DNA of 64,000 bases, taken from the NCBI GenBank assembly GCA_017554325.1, contig JAFZIP010000005.1, positions 128,211 through 192,210 of the forward strand. Direction: 5' to 3'. Both the position numbers and the translations under genes were made by a program. The notes beneath the pieces are model-generated. The model worked only from the letters and a program-made list of their open reading frames with translations, had not been told where the DNA came from and searched no databases. The stretch's first letter is position 1, and each line of letters starts with the position of its first letter. Origin of the DNA: Bacteroidales bacterium (GTDB lineage Bacteria > Bacteroidota > Bacteroidia > Bacteroidales > WCHB1-69). Positions 36,282 through 46,819 of this stretch are shown piece after piece.

Positions 36282-36617
36282 ATGCAAATCACCAACCTGC
36301 TAGAATATTCCAACCGCGCCCAACTTCGGCAGTGGCTCACCGAAAACCACCTGACCGCCAAGGAATGCTGGGTGACGACCAGTCGCAGCAAAACGCCGCG
36401 CAAGGATGCGGTGCCGTATGTCGATGCAGTGGAAGAAGCCCTCTGCTTCGGATGGATTGACAGCACCTGCAAACGGCTGCCCGACGGCCGGTTGGCCCAA
36501 CGCCTGTCGCCCCGCCGCAAAGGCAGTCACTGGACGGAACGGAACATCGACCGCTGCCACCGTCTCATGTCAGCTGGCTTCATGACGGAAGCCGGAATAC
36601 AGGCACTACCCAAATAA
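36282..36617 (+). CDS. YdeI/OmpD-associated-family protein (short form)
   Basis: 111 aa with the pattern WL..N......CW......PYVDAVEEALCFGWIDS. Confidence 0.55.
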   Translation: MQITNLLEYSNRAQLRQWLTENHLTAKECWVTTSRSKTPRKDAVPYVDAVEEALCFGWIDSTCKRLPDGRLAQRLSPRRKGSHWTERNIDRCHRLMSAGFMTEAGIQALPK

Positions 36618-36623
36618 ACCACT

Positions 36624-36917
36624 ATGAGCAATCCGTTCTTTCTTCATATTGCCCTCATCTATCTCGCCGCCATCAATGTAGTATCATTCCTCATGTACGG
36701 CATCGACAAATTCAAAGCACAACATGCGAGATGGCGCATACCCGAATCTGTTTTGATCGGGCTTGCTATTATCGGCGGCAGTATCGGAGCTTGGTTAGGA
36801 ATGATGATTTGGCGCCACAAAACCCAGCACAAGAAATTCAAGTACGGGGTCCCATTGATACTGGTAGCCCAGATTGCCATTCTGATCCTGTGGTGGCGCA
36901 AAACCATGAGCCTGTAG
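36624..36917 (+). CDS. DUF1294 small membrane protein
   Basis: 97 aa with the YGIDKFKAQHARWRIPE motif and 3 TM segments. Confidence 0.7.
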   Translation: MSNPFFLHIALIYLAAINVVSFLMYGIDKFKAQHARWRIPESVLIGLAIIGGSIGAWLGMMIWRHKTQHKKFKYGVPLILVAQIAILILWWRKTMSL

Positions 36918-37065
36918 GGCAATAATTATTCCTTTATCCCATTAACTCAACAAAAAGATTCTGCGAAGTATCATAGCAGGATTTTTTTTTGTACTTTCGC
37001 GCTTTGTTAATATTTGCTGAAATATATTATTCTTTAAAATATAAATAACTAAATACCAATATCTT

Positions 37066-38625
37066 ATGACAATGCAAGATAAAATCAACGAGTTGCTCGC
37101 GCTGCGCGAGAAGGCTCGTTTAGGCGGAGGTCAGGATAGAATTGAGAAGCAGCATGCCAAAGGCAAGTATTCTGCTCGCGAACGTATCCTGATGTTCCTC
37201 GATGAAGGCAGCTTCGAAGAATTCGACATGTTTGTGCAGCACCGCTGCCAGAACTTCGGCCTCGAGAAAGAGAAATACCTCTCCGACGGTGTAGTCACCG
37301 GCTACGGTACCGTGAACGGCCGTCTGGTCTATGTTTTCTCCCAGGATTTCACCGTGTTCGGCGGTTCTCTGTCCGAGACATTCGCTTTGAAGATTTGCAA
37401 GGTGATGGACCAAGCCATGAAGGTCGGTGCTCCGGTGGTCGGCTTCAACGACTCTGGCGGTGCCCGTATCCAAGAGGGCGTGAACAGTCTGGCCGGCTAT
37501 GCCGAGATTTTCCAGCGCAACATTCTCGCCTCCGGCGTGATTCCGCAAATCTCCGCCATCTTCGGCCCCTGCGCCGGCGGTGCGGTTTACTCCCCTGCCC
37601 TCACTGATTTTATCATGATGACGAAAAACACGAGCTACATGTTCGTGACCGGTCCGAAGGTGGTGAAAACCGTCACCAACGAGGACGTGACCACCGAAGA
37701 TCTGGGCGGTGCCTCCGTGCACTCCAAGAAGTCCGGTGTGGCCCATTTCGCCGTGGACACTGAGGAAGAGGGTATCGCCATGCTGCGCGAACTCATCCAG
37801 TACATCCCCTCCAACAACATGGAGGAACCTCCCTACGAGCCCACTCAGGATCCGATCAACCGTCTGGAAGACAGCCTCAACTCCATCATCCCCGACAACC
37901 CGAACATGCCTTACGACGTGAAGGATGTGATCAACGGCATTGTGGATGACGGCAAGTTCCTGGAAATCCAACCGCTGTATGCCCCCAACATTGTCATCGG
38001 TTTCGCCCGTTTCAACGGAATGTCCGTAGGTATCGTAGCCAACCAGCCCAAGTATCTGGCCGGTGTGCTCGACATCAACGCTTCCCGCAAGGGTGCCCGT
38101 TTCGTGCGCTTCTGCGACGCCTTCAACATCCCCATCGTGACGTTGGTGGACGTTCCCGGCTTCCTGCCTGGCACTGGCCAAGAGTACGGCGGTATCATCC
38201 TGCACGGCGCCAAGTTGCTTTACGCATACGGAGAATGTACGGTTCCCAAGGTTACCGTCACCCTGCGCAAGAACTACGGCGGTGCATACTGCGTGATGAG
38301 CTCCAAGCACCTGCGCGGCGACATCAACTACGCATGGCCCACGGCTGAAATCGCCGTCATGGGTGGTAGCGGCGCCGCTGAAATCCTCTACGGTTCCCAG
38401 ATGAAGAAGATCGAGAATCCGGAAGAGAAGGCTGCTTTCCTCAACGAGAAGGTGGAAGATTATCGCAACAAGTTCTCCAACCCATACGTGGCCGCCCAAT
38501 ACGGCTACATGGACGATGTGATCGAGCCGCGCAACACCCGTTTCCGCGTTATCCGCGCCCTCGAATCCCTCAAGAACAAACGTCTGGAGAACCCGGCCAA
38601 AAAGCACGATAACCTGCCGTTATAG
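37066..38625 (+). CDS. mmdA: Methylmalonyl-CoA decarboxylase alpha subunit (carboxyltransferase)
   Basis: 519 aa with acyl-CoA carboxyltransferase domains. It is the first gene of a four-gene Na+-decarboxylase operon. Confidence 0.88.
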   Translation: MTMQDKINELLALREKARLGGGQDRIEKQHAKGKYSARERILMFLDEGSFEEFDMFVQHRCQNFGLEKEKYLSDGVVTGYGTVNGRLVYVFSQDFTVFGGSLSETFALKICKVMDQAMKVGAPVVGFNDSGGARIQEGVNSLAGYAEIFQRNILASGVIPQISAIFGPCAGGAVYSPALTDFIMMTKNTSYMFVTGPKVVKTVTNEDVTTEDLGGASVHSKKSGVAHFAVDTEEEGIAMLRELIQYIPSNNMEEPPYEPTQDPINRLEDSLNSIIPDNPNMPYDVKDVINGIVDDGKFLEIQPLYAPNIVIGFARFNGMSVGIVANQPKYLAGVLDINASRKGARFVRFCDAFNIPIVTLVDVPGFLPGTGQEYGGIILHGAKLLYAYGECTVPKVTVTLRKNYGGAYCVMSSKHLRGDINYAWPTAEIAVMGGSGAAEILYGSQMKKIENPEEKAAFLNEKVEDYRNKFSNPYVAAQYGYMDDVIEPRNTRFRVIRALESLKNKRLENPAKKHDNLPL

Positions 38626-38681
38626 TCAATTGGTAAAGACGGTACATGCACCGTCTCAACAATAAATCAATCAAAAAGAAT

Positions 38682-39644
38682 ATGAAATCATTTACCAAAT
38701 ATCTGGTCTTGTTGGCCGCCCTGTTCCTCACCACTGCCACATTCGGGCAGTCGGTGCGCGACCTGCGCTTCAACGAGATCCTGATTAAGAATACGGACAA
38801 TTTTGACGATGAATATGGTCGTCATGTGCCTTGGATTGAGATTTTCAATACAGCCTACAACACGGTGAATATCGCCGGCTGTTATCTTACCGATGACACG
38901 ACGGGATTTGCCGCAGGAAAGAAAAAGGGAGGTGTGGAGCCGGAGCACTGGTACCGCATCCCCAAGACGGACATCAACACCAACATGCCGCAGCGCACCT
39001 TTTTGGTATTCTATCTTGATGCCCAACCGTTGTATGGCACTTTCCACGTAAATTTCGATCCTCGTACTTCCAAAACCAACTACATCGCCCTCATCTCTGC
39101 CGATGGCAAGGACTTGATTGACATCATGTATTATCCTAAGGATGAGTTGGTTGATTCCACAGTCTCCTACGGTTTGCTGGTGGACGGTCAAAACGACAAT
39201 GCCGGATTCCTCCATCAGTTCACACCGGGTTCCACTAACGAGGTAACTGCCAAAGTATCCAAACAGGAGCGTCTGAAAAGGGATGACCCCTACGGTATCG
39301 GCTTGGCTATCATCTCCATGTCAGTGGTGTTCACCGCTTTGATTCTGATTTTTGTGATGCTAAAGCTGTTCGGATATTCTTCCAAGAAGATTTCCCAGCG
39401 AAATGCCAAGAAGTCGGAGCCTGCCACTGCAGCTAAAGTTGCGGATGTGGCCAAAACTGAGGTTGACGAGTTCCAGATTACCGGCGAAGAGGCTGCCGCC
39501 ATTGCCACGGCCCTGCATCTGCATTTCAACAGCATGCACGACGAGGAGAGCGAAGTGATTACCATCAACATGCCATCCAAGCATTATTCCCCGTGGGCAC
39601 AGAAGGAACTCACCATGAAGAGAACCCCGATAATTAGAAAATAA
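38682..39644 (+). CDS. Lamin-tail-domain protein fused to an OadG-like membrane anchor (decarboxylase small subunit-like)
   Basis: Start placed at MKSFTKYL. It has an LTD-like N-region (LRFNEILIKN...WIEIFN...IAGCYLTDD), the TM helix IGLAIISMSVVFTALILIFVMLKLFG, and an acidic tail. Confidence 0.55.
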   Translation: MKSFTKYLVLLAALFLTTATFGQSVRDLRFNEILIKNTDNFDDEYGRHVPWIEIFNTAYNTVNIAGCYLTDDTTGFAAGKKKGGVEPEHWYRIPKTDINTNMPQRTFLVFYLDAQPLYGTFHVNFDPRTSKTNYIALISADGKDLIDIMYYPKDELVDSTVSYGLLVDGQNDNAGFLHQFTPGSTNEVTAKVSKQERLKRDDPYGIGLAIISMSVVFTALILIFVMLKLFGYSSKKISQRNAKKSEPATAAKVADVAKTEVDEFQITGEEAAAIATALHLHFNSMHDEESEVITINMPSKHYSPWAQKELTMKRTPIIRK

Positions 39645-39662
39645 TTTTAAAGATTTTGAAGT

Positions 39663-40115
39663 ATGAAAAACTATAAATTTACGATAAACGGCAACAAATA
39701 TTCCGTAGAAGTTGGTGATATTGAGAACAATGCCGTCAATGTTGAGGTCAACGGAACACCTTACACGGTGGAGTTGGACACTGAAATCAAAGCTCCCGTG
39801 AAGGTGAAGCCCGTGGTTATGGTGAACACCAGTGCCCCGAAGAGTGCGCCTGCCGCTGCTCCTGCCAGCGTGAAGAGTGCCCCAGCCGCCGCCACTGCCG
39901 CCGGAGCCACGCTCAAATCACCGCTGCCCGGCACCATCCTGGATGTCTTCTGCAAGGAAGGCGACAGCGTGAAGGCCGGTCAACGCCTCTTCCTCCTCGA
40001 AGCTATGAAGATGGAGAACAACATCGACGCTGAAAAGGATGGCGTGATAAAGGAAGTGCGTGTACACCGCAGCGACTCCGTGATGGAGGGCGATGTGCTC
40101 GTCGTATTCGAATAA
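39663..40115 (+). CDS. mmdC: Biotin carboxyl carrier subunit
   Basis: 150 aa with an Ala/Pro-rich linker and the biotinyl-lysine motif EAMKMEN. Confidence 0.88.
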   Translation: MKNYKFTINGNKYSVEVGDIENNAVNVEVNGTPYTVELDTEIKAPVKVKPVVMVNTSAPKSAPAAAPASVKSAPAAATAAGATLKSPLPGTILDVFCKEGDSVKAGQRLFLLEAMKMENNIDAEKDGVIKEVRVHRSDSVMEGDVLVVFE

Positions 40116-40159
40116 TCCAACGTTAAAAACAAGTTTCATAATTAAATTGTCACAAAGAA

Positions 40160-41305
40160 ATGTTTGATTTTTTTAAAGAAGGTCTCATCCAGTTCTTCGG
40201 CTATTCCGGTTTCGGAAACTGCACGTGGGGCCATATCATCATGATTTGTATCGGCTTGTTCTTTATCGCGTTGGGTGTGATCAAAGAATTTGAGCCGATG
40301 CTGCTCGTGCCCATCGGTTTCGGCATGATTGTCGGTAACATCCCGTTTACCGACGGCTTGCAGATCGGTGTGTATGAGAACGGCGCCGTGCTGAATTACC
40401 TGTACTTCGGCGTCATCAAGGGCTTCTATCCGCCATTAATATTCCTCGGTATCGGGGCCATGACGGACTTTTCGGCCCTGATATCGAATCCCAAGTTGAT
40501 TCTGGTGGGTGCAGCTGCGCAGTTCGGCATCTTCGCCGCCTACGCCACCGCTTTGCTGTTAGGCTTCACGCCTATGGAGGCTGGTGCTATCGGTATCATC
40601 GGTGGTGCTGACGGTCCTACCGCCATCTTCTTGTCCTCCAAGCTGGCTCCGAGTTTGATGGGTGCCATCGCCGTGTCTGCATACTCCTACATGGCCCTGG
40701 TGCCGGTGATCCAACCGCCCATCATGCGCCTGTTCACCAACGAGAAGGAACGCCTCATCCGCATGCGTCCGCCGAGAGCCGTCTCCCACCGCGAGAAAGT
40801 GCTCTTCCCGCTGTTCTGCATTTTGCTCACCGCTTTCCTCGTGCCGTCCGGTATCCCATTGCTGGGTATGCTGTTCTTCGGCAACCTGCTGAAAGAGTGC
40901 GGCGTGACCAAACGTCTGGCCAACACGGCTTCCGGTCCGCTGATCGACATCGTGACCATCCTTATCGGTCTCACGGTCGGTGCTTCCACGCAGGCTACGA
41001 ACTTCCTGACTCCTAAGTCCATCCTGATCTTCGTGTTGGGTGCATTCTCCTTCGTGGTGGCTACTGCCACGGGCGTGCTCTTCGTGAAGTTCCTGAACCT
41101 CTTCTTGAAGGAAGGTAACAAGATTAACCCGTTGATCGGTAACGCCGGTGTGTCCGCCGTGCCCGATGCCGCGCGCGTCTCGTACGTGGAAGGCATGAAG
41201 TACGACAAGACCAACTACCTGCTGATGCACGCCATGGGCCCCAACGTGGCCGGTGTGATCGGTAGCGCAGTCGCCGCAGGTATCCTGCTGAGCTTCCTGT
41301 ACTAG
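40160..41305 (+). CDS. mmdB: Na+-translocating decarboxylase beta subunit
   Basis: 381 aa and polytopic, with an OadB/MmdB-type pattern (GIIGGADGPTAIF, NAGVSAVP). Confidence 0.88.
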   Translation: MFDFFKEGLIQFFGYSGFGNCTWGHIIMICIGLFFIALGVIKEFEPMLLVPIGFGMIVGNIPFTDGLQIGVYENGAVLNYLYFGVIKGFYPPLIFLGIGAMTDFSALISNPKLILVGAAAQFGIFAAYATALLLGFTPMEAGAIGIIGGADGPTAIFLSSKLAPSLMGAIAVSAYSYMALVPVIQPPIMRLFTNEKERLIRMRPPRAVSHREKVLFPLFCILLTAFLVPSGIPLLGMLFFGNLLKECGVTKRLANTASGPLIDIVTILIGLTVGASTQATNFLTPKSILIFVLGAFSFVVATATGVLFVKFLNLFLKEGNKINPLIGNAGVSAVPDAARVSYVEGMKYDKTNYLLMHAMGPNVAGVIGSAVAAGILLSFLY

Positions 41306-41332
41306 AATTTAAGAATGCTATATAAAAGAAAA

Positions 41333-41358
41333 GGTCGGCAAGAAGCCGACCTTTTTTT
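41333..41358. terminator. Bidirectional intrinsic terminator between mmdB and lolA
   Basis: GGTCGGC (41333-41339) pairs with GCCGACC (41345-41351), followed by a T-run and preceded by an A-run. Confidence 0.8.
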
Positions 41359-41363
41359 ATTAT

Positions 41364-42011
41364 CTATCTCATATCATTCACTTCAACACCAGGATATTTG
41401 CTCTTGTCAAAAACAAAATAGCTATCTGCTAGGGTTACATTGGTTTTGAACTGTTCGATGTGGTAGGTATATATAGTGTTGTCTTTCTCATACAATGCAA
41501 TTCGCAGTATCTGATTGTTGGCTTTGTTAATGAATAGCCGGATACGGTAATAGGATTGCGTGGTTTTCGGAGTGAGGTCGATGAGTGCGGTGGAAATATT
41601 GTTGTTGAACTCATCGCGGATATATTTGGCCCGGAACTGTTTCTCCCAATTTTTCAGAATAATCTGCGGATTCATCATGTTCTCGTCGTCGCTGGGATCA
41701 TATTCATACACAGAAACCTCATTGGAAGACTTCTGGTAGTTCCAAATGGATGTACCGTCGCAGAAATAGGTCTGATCGCTGAATGTGGTGCGATACTTGT
41801 TCCCTTTCAGCGCGAAATCTCCTTGCGAAGTACTTAATGTTTTGCCATCTTTGGTGGTTTTTAACGTGTAATGGAATTGCATGGAGGCGTAAGCCTGATA
41901 TTTGGCCGATACCTTTTTCAGCATTTCATTAGCTCCCCCGTCAGTATTCTGAGCATAACCGGAAACCACGACGAAAAACGCGGCAATGGTGAATAAGATT
42001 TTGCGTGTCAT
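41364..42011 (-). CDS. lolA: Outer-membrane lipoprotein carrier protein LolA
   Basis: Start placed at MTRKILFTIAAFFVVVSGYAQ (ATG 42011). It shows the LolA pattern and the conserved ftsK-lolA adjacency. Confidence 0.8.
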   Translation of the reverse strand: MTRKILFTIAAFFVVVSGYAQNTDGGANEMLKKVSAKYQAYASMQFHYTLKTTKDGKTLSTSQGDFALKGNKYRTTFSDQTYFCDGTSIWNYQKSSNEVSVYEYDPSDDENMMNPQIILKNWEKQFRAKYIRDEFNNNISTALIDLTPKTTQSYYRIRLFINKANNQILRIALYEKDNTIYTYHIEQFKTNVTLADSYFVFDKSKYPGVEVNDMR

Positions 42012-42128
42012 TATAGTATATTTTGAAACGGTGTTATGGATATTATAGAATGAATCAGGTTTAATCAACATTATGTCTTATGATTCCGTTTTTAATTCCC
42101 AATTCCTAATTTCCAATTTAAAATTCGA

Positions 42129-44750
42129 CTACAGCATCCCTTTGCTGGCCAGCAGTTCGCGGAGTTGTGCATCGGACTTCACGAGCACGTCGCGGGGTTT
42201 GCTGCCGTTGGCGGGACCCACGATGTTGAAATCCTCGAGCTGGTCCATGATGCGACCGGCACGGTTGTAGCCCAATTTCATGCGACGCTGGATGTAGGAA
42301 GTTGAACCTTGCTGCGACTGCACCACCAGCACGGCGGCATCCACAAACAGCGGGTCGATTTCTCCGGAGGCTGGCTCATCGTCAAAGTTGGTGTCGGGCT
42401 CGCTGCCAGGTTCGGGCACATCGGGCAAAGCGTAGGGCTCAAGCAACGGCTTCAACTCGGACTGTTGCTCGATGAATTCCGCAATCTTCTCCACCTCTGG
42501 CGTATCCACGAAAGCGCATTGCAGGCGCACGAGATCGCTGCCGGTGGAAATGAGCATGTCGCCCTTGCCGATGAGCTGATTGGCACCTGTAGTGTCGAGG
42601 ATAGTTCTGGAATCCACACTTGACTGCACACGGAAAGCGATACGCGCGGGGAAGTTGGCCTTGATACTACCCGTAATGATGTTGACGGAAGGACGCTGTG
42701 TGGCGATAACCAAATGTATGCCGATGGCACGCGCCAGTTGGGCCAGACGGGCGAGCGGCTGCTCCACCTCGCGCCCCGCTGTCATGATAAGGTCACCGAA
42801 CTCGTCAATCACCAGCACAATGTAGGGCAGGTAGCGGTGGCCCATGGCCGGCGACAACTCGCGAGCGCAGAACTTGGCATTGTACTCCTTGATGTTGCGC
42901 ATCTTGGCTAATTTCAACAGATCGTAACGCTGATCCATCTCCACGCAAAGGGAGTTAAGCGTGCGCACCACCTTCTTCGTATCCGTGATGATAGCCTCGT
43001 TGTTGTCGGGCAATTTGGCCAGATAGTAATTCTCGATGACAGAATAAAGCGTAAACTCCACTTTTTTCGGGTCAATCAGCACGAACTTCATCTCGCACGG
43101 ATGCTTGGTGTAAAGCAAGGAGGTAATGATTGCGTTCAAACCTACGGATTTGCCCTGTCCGGTAGCGCCAGCCACCAACAAGTGCGGCATCTTGGCCAAA
43201 TCCACCACAAAAGGCTCGTTGCTAATTGTACGGCCCAAACCGATCGGTAGCGCAAAGTTGTTGTTCTGGAACTTGTCGGAAGTGATGATCTCCTTCATGG
43301 AGACGATGTTGGCATTCTTGTTGGGCACTTCAATACCGATGGTACCGCGACCCGGGATGGGTGCTATGATACGGATACCCAACGCAGCCAAACTCAGTGC
43401 GATGTCGTCCTCCAGATTCTTGATCTTGCTGATGCGCACGCCCTCAGCGGGTACAATCTCGTACAAGGTGACAGTTGGGCCCACGGTGGCGCTGATTTTG
43501 CGGATGGGAATGCCGAAGCTGTTCAACGTGGCTTCAATACGTTTTTTATTGTCCAACAACTCACGTTTCATGAGTTCTTCGTTGGCCTCTTTGGCTGGAT
43601 AATCCAGCAGCAAGTCCACACTTGGAAATTCGTAGGTGGAAAGCTCGGCCCGTGGGTCGTATGGGGGCAGATTGCGGACATCCTCGGCGGTAAGTCGCGC
43701 ATTCTCATCAGTTTCTGTTTCTTCAAATTCCGCATCTTGTTCTTCTTCCGCCATCAAACTTTCTGTTGATGTCTGGTGATTCACCAACTCAAAGGGAACT
43801 TCTTCCGGCTCTTGCGACTGCTGTGAGAGTTTTTCCAGAACTTCCTGTTTGTTTTTCTGGGCGGCAAGCTGCTCTGGTGTCGGTTCAATATCCCAAGAGG
43901 CTGTAGTGCCCGAATACTCTTTGCTCAGGCAGCCATGGTCAGAGATATACAAATCGTCTAAATCTTCATAGTGGTTGGAATTATTGTCCGGCTCCGCATC
44001 CTCTTTGGACTTTCTGGAACGACCCGTTTTGGGTTTGCTTTCTTTTTGCGGCCTGCTGGCGTATGCTTCTTGCATACGTTCAACCATGGTTTTCAAAGAG
44101 AGATCATAACACAGGATCAAGATTATGAAGAAGAGTATTATCGTGATAATAGCAGCTACCACTTTGCCCAAAGAAAGGAGTGCATTGCCGGCAAAGACAC
44201 CGAAAAATCCGCAAATGAATGTATTGTCTCCTTTGGAAAAGAACAATCCAAGCGTCGCGGAAAACCATGCCATGGTCAGGATGGTGGCGATGGTGGTGCG
44301 GCCAAGCGGAAGCAGGTTTTTGCCGGAAAGAATACGGACGCCATAGAGAAAGAACAAAAACGGGAAAGCGATGGAGACCACACCGAACGTATCCTGCACG
44401 AAGAAATAGGCGATATGCGCACCCACGCTCCGGGCAACATTCTGGGCAGTGGACTCAAGTCCCTCAACGTAGAACAGATTGTTATGAGCATGGAAATAGA
44501 AGGAGATGATGGAAATGAACACCAGCAACGCCATTGCCAGCAAAAGCACACCGTACACTTGTATCATGCCTTTGCTGGAAAAAGCCGAGAAAAAATTGCC
44601 GCTTGAGCTCTTGCTCTTTGTTGTTTTTGATCCCTTTTGGGGTGCGGATTTCTTGGCCGACTTCTGGACAGCCTTGGCGTGACGGGATATAACGGACCTT
44701 CCCGACTGGGCACGAGAGGGCTTCTGAACTACGTGGTTGATGACCTTCAT
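42129..44750 (-). CDS. ftsK: DNA translocase FtsK
   Basis: 873 aa with N-terminal TM helices, an acidic linker, Walker A VAGATGQGKS, and a C-terminal gamma wHTH (YIQRRMKLGYNRAGRIMDQLE). Confidence 0.95.
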   Translation of the reverse strand: MKVINHVVQKPSRAQSGRSVISRHAKAVQKSAKKSAPQKGSKTTKSKSSSGNFFSAFSSKGMIQVYGVLLLAMALLVFISIISFYFHAHNNLFYVEGLESTAQNVARSVGAHIAYFFVQDTFGVVSIAFPFLFFLYGVRILSGKNLLPLGRTTIATILTMAWFSATLGLFFSKGDNTFICGFFGVFAGNALLSLGKVVAAIITIILFFIILILCYDLSLKTMVERMQEAYASRPQKESKPKTGRSRKSKEDAEPDNNSNHYEDLDDLYISDHGCLSKEYSGTTASWDIEPTPEQLAAQKNKQEVLEKLSQQSQEPEEVPFELVNHQTSTESLMAEEEQDAEFEETETDENARLTAEDVRNLPPYDPRAELSTYEFPSVDLLLDYPAKEANEELMKRELLDNKKRIEATLNSFGIPIRKISATVGPTVTLYEIVPAEGVRISKIKNLEDDIALSLAALGIRIIAPIPGRGTIGIEVPNKNANIVSMKEIITSDKFQNNNFALPIGLGRTISNEPFVVDLAKMPHLLVAGATGQGKSVGLNAIITSLLYTKHPCEMKFVLIDPKKVEFTLYSVIENYYLAKLPDNNEAIITDTKKVVRTLNSLCVEMDQRYDLLKLAKMRNIKEYNAKFCARELSPAMGHRYLPYIVLVIDEFGDLIMTAGREVEQPLARLAQLARAIGIHLVIATQRPSVNIITGSIKANFPARIAFRVQSSVDSRTILDTTGANQLIGKGDMLISTGSDLVRLQCAFVDTPEVEKIAEFIEQQSELKPLLEPYALPDVPEPGSEPDTNFDDEPASGEIDPLFVDAAVLVVQSQQGSTSYIQRRMKLGYNRAGRIMDQLEDFNIVGPANGSKPRDVLVKSDAQLRELLASKGML

Positions 44751-44926
44751 TGCTGAAACTTAATGATTTAACCCTGTTTTCCTATGAAAGGACAAAAGTA
44801 GCATAATTTTACAGACCCTTTTTCGTTAACAAAAAAGAATATGAACAACCCCGTGTTAGAAAAAACAGCAAACTCTGATAAGTAAATCTTCTAATTGGTA
44901 GTATTTTTGCTAAAATTTTTGAAAAT

Positions 44927-45628
44927 ATGAGACATTTATTGTTAATGCAGGCTGCAAACGCCGAAGTTGCGCAAACGGTAGCCCAACAGACACCCCAAGT
45001 TCAAGAGACTTCCTATTTCAAATTAGTGTTCGCCACCAACAGTTTGTGGATCATGATCCCTTTATTTCTGATGCTGGGATTCGCCATTTATCTTTTCGTC
45101 AAGAAGCTCATAGTACTCAACCGGGCTTCCAAAGAAGAGTACAATTTCATGAACAACATCCGCGATTTCATTCACGACGGCAAGTTAGACTCGGCCAAAC
45201 AGCTGTGCAAGAGCAATGACAACCCGTCGGCACGTCTGATTGACAAGGGACTCTCCCGTATCGGCCGCCCGCTGGACGACATTCGCACGGCCGTGGAGAA
45301 CGAAGGCAACATCGAGGTCGGACGTCTCGAAAAGGGCGTATCCGCCTTGGCCACCATCGCCGCCATTTCCCCGATGCTCGGTTTCTTGGGCACAGTGGTC
45401 GGTATGGTTTCCGCATTCCACAACATGGCCGCCGATCCTAACAATTTCAACATCGGCACGCTCTCATCCGGTATCTACACCGCTATGATTACCACTGTGG
45501 CGGGTTTGATCGTGGGTGTGATTGCTTTGGTATTCCACAACCTGATCGTGTCTAAAATCTCCAACGTGGTGTATCAACTCGAGGTGCGCACCACCGAATT
45601 CATGGATCTCCTTCACGAAAACGTCTAA
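44927..45628 (+). CDS. exbB: MotA/TolQ/ExbB proton-channel protein
   Basis: 233 aa with 3 TM segments and an ExbB pattern. It is followed by exbD and tonB. Confidence 0.85.
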   Translation: MRHLLLMQAANAEVAQTVAQQTPQVQETSYFKLVFATNSLWIMIPLFLMLGFAIYLFVKKLIVLNRASKEEYNFMNNIRDFIHDGKLDSAKQLCKSNDNPSARLIDKGLSRIGRPLDDIRTAVENEGNIEVGRLEKGVSALATIAAISPMLGFLGTVVGMVSAFHNMAADPNNFNIGTLSSGIYTAMITTVAGLIVGVIALVFHNLIVSKISNVVYQLEVRTTEFMDLLHENV

Positions 45629-45640
45629 AAGTCTGCGGCT

Positions 45641-46081
45641 ATGGCAATCAAAATGCAAAACAAGATTGATACGACATTCAGCGCCACGTCCATGTCGGAC
45701 TTGGTGTTCTTGTTGTTGATTTTCTTCATGCTGACCTCCACCATGGTGTCTCCGAACGCCATTAACCTGGTGCTGCCGAAGAGCGACTCGGACAAGCAGC
45801 TGGTTTCCAAGAATGTGGAAGTCTATATTAACGAAGACCTGCAATATTTCGTAAACCCGGAAGGCTCTAATGCACTGCCGGTGGCTTACGAAGAACTGCT
45901 GCCCGTGCTGCAGAATGCTGTGGCACAGGACAACTCCGGCATGAAGTCCATCATCCTCCGCGCCGACAAAACCGTGCCGGTGGAGAATGTGGTCGCCCTG
46001 ATGGACGTGCTGAACCAACTGAACGAACAATTTCCGGAAGAGGAAAGATATAAAATGGTATTAGCCACTGAAGGAAAATGA
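45641..46081 (+). CDS. exbD: Biopolymer transport protein ExbD/TolR
   Basis: 146 aa with the single TM MSDLVFLLLIFFMLT. Confidence 0.85.
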   Translation: MAIKMQNKIDTTFSATSMSDLVFLLLIFFMLTSTMVSPNAINLVLPKSDSDKQLVSKNVEVYINEDLQYFVNPEGSNALPVAYEELLPVLQNAVAQDNSGMKSIILRADKTVPVENVVALMDVLNQLNEQFPEEERYKMVLATEGK

Positions 46082-46785
46082 GAACGAGAGACGAACATAA
46101 CAAAGAGACTCAGGACAACCTGACCTCCGGCGGCATCTCTGTCGCGGCAATGGTACTCATTATTGTGCTGTTGTTGTCGTTTGGCCTGAAGTCCATGATT
46201 CCTCCCCCACCTCCCAAAAAGACATTCTACGTTGAACTGGATACTAAGGTCGGCGGTGGCGGCGGTGGCGGTATGGATGCTCCCACCCAGCAGAAAGTCA
46301 AGAGTACAGCTGCCCCGAACTACGCCACACAAAACGCACAAAAGGCTCCGGCAGTTGCCCATTCTGAAAAGACGAGCACAACAGCTACGCAGCCGGCGCA
46401 GCCTAAGGTTGACCAAAGCGCCATCTTCAAGGGTGGCAAGGGCGGTAGCGGCTCCGGCGGCGGTTCAGGCTCTGGCATCGGCACCGGCACTGGCTCCGGC
46501 CTCGGACCTGGCGAGGGCAGCGGATCCGGCGGCGGCATTGGATATGGCACAGGTAGTCGTGGATTGGTCCAACAAATCAACACAGCTGTGAATGAGGAAG
46601 GTCAAGTTTGCGTGGAAGTACACGTAATGGCGGACGGAACGGTGTCAGAAGCACGTGTCATCAACAACAACAAACATAAAACTACTATCACGAACCGCAA
46701 CATCCAACAGCAGTGCGTGCAGGAGGCGAAACGGGCCAAATACAAACCCGGCAAAGAGGAGTTGAGAATTATCGTGTTCCATTGA
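46078..46785 (+). CDS. tonB: TonB-family energy transducer
   Basis: 235 aa with an N-terminal TM, a Pro/Gly/Ser-rich linker and a C-terminal TonB-like domain. The ATG overlaps the exbD stop (ATGA). Confidence 0.75.
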   Translation: MRTRDEHNKETQDNLTSGGISVAAMVLIIVLLLSFGLKSMIPPPPPKKTFYVELDTKVGGGGGGGMDAPTQQKVKSTAAPNYATQNAQKAPAVAHSEKTSTTATQPAQPKVDQSAIFKGGKGGSGSGGGSGSGIGTGTGSGLGPGEGSGSGGGIGYGTGSRGLVQQINTAVNEEGQVCVEVHVMADGTVSEARVINNNKHKTTITNRNIQQQCVQEAKRAKYKPGKEELRIIVFH

Positions 46786-46819
46786 TAGTTTTGCGTCCTT
46801 TGCGCCCTTTGCGTTAACT

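Noticed and set aside
37120-38607. 495-aa antisense ORF covering mmdA. Similar long antisense ORFs occur at 57975-59219 (DPP-IV), 51646-52953 (TPR gene), 14747-15841 (MurD-like), 48577-49509 (gdhA) and 12503-13378 (fabF).
   Set aside because: In every case the opposite strand encodes a clearly conserved protein. The antisense products lack motifs and show the composition typical of codon-bias-driven open frames.
46230-46570. Repetitive GGC/GGT/AGC-rich DNA that looks like a tandem repeat.
   Set aside because: It encodes the Gly/Ser/Pro-rich linker of the TonB-family protein (GGSGSGGGSGSGIGTGTGSG…). It is low-complexity coding sequence, not a CRISPR array or minisatellite.
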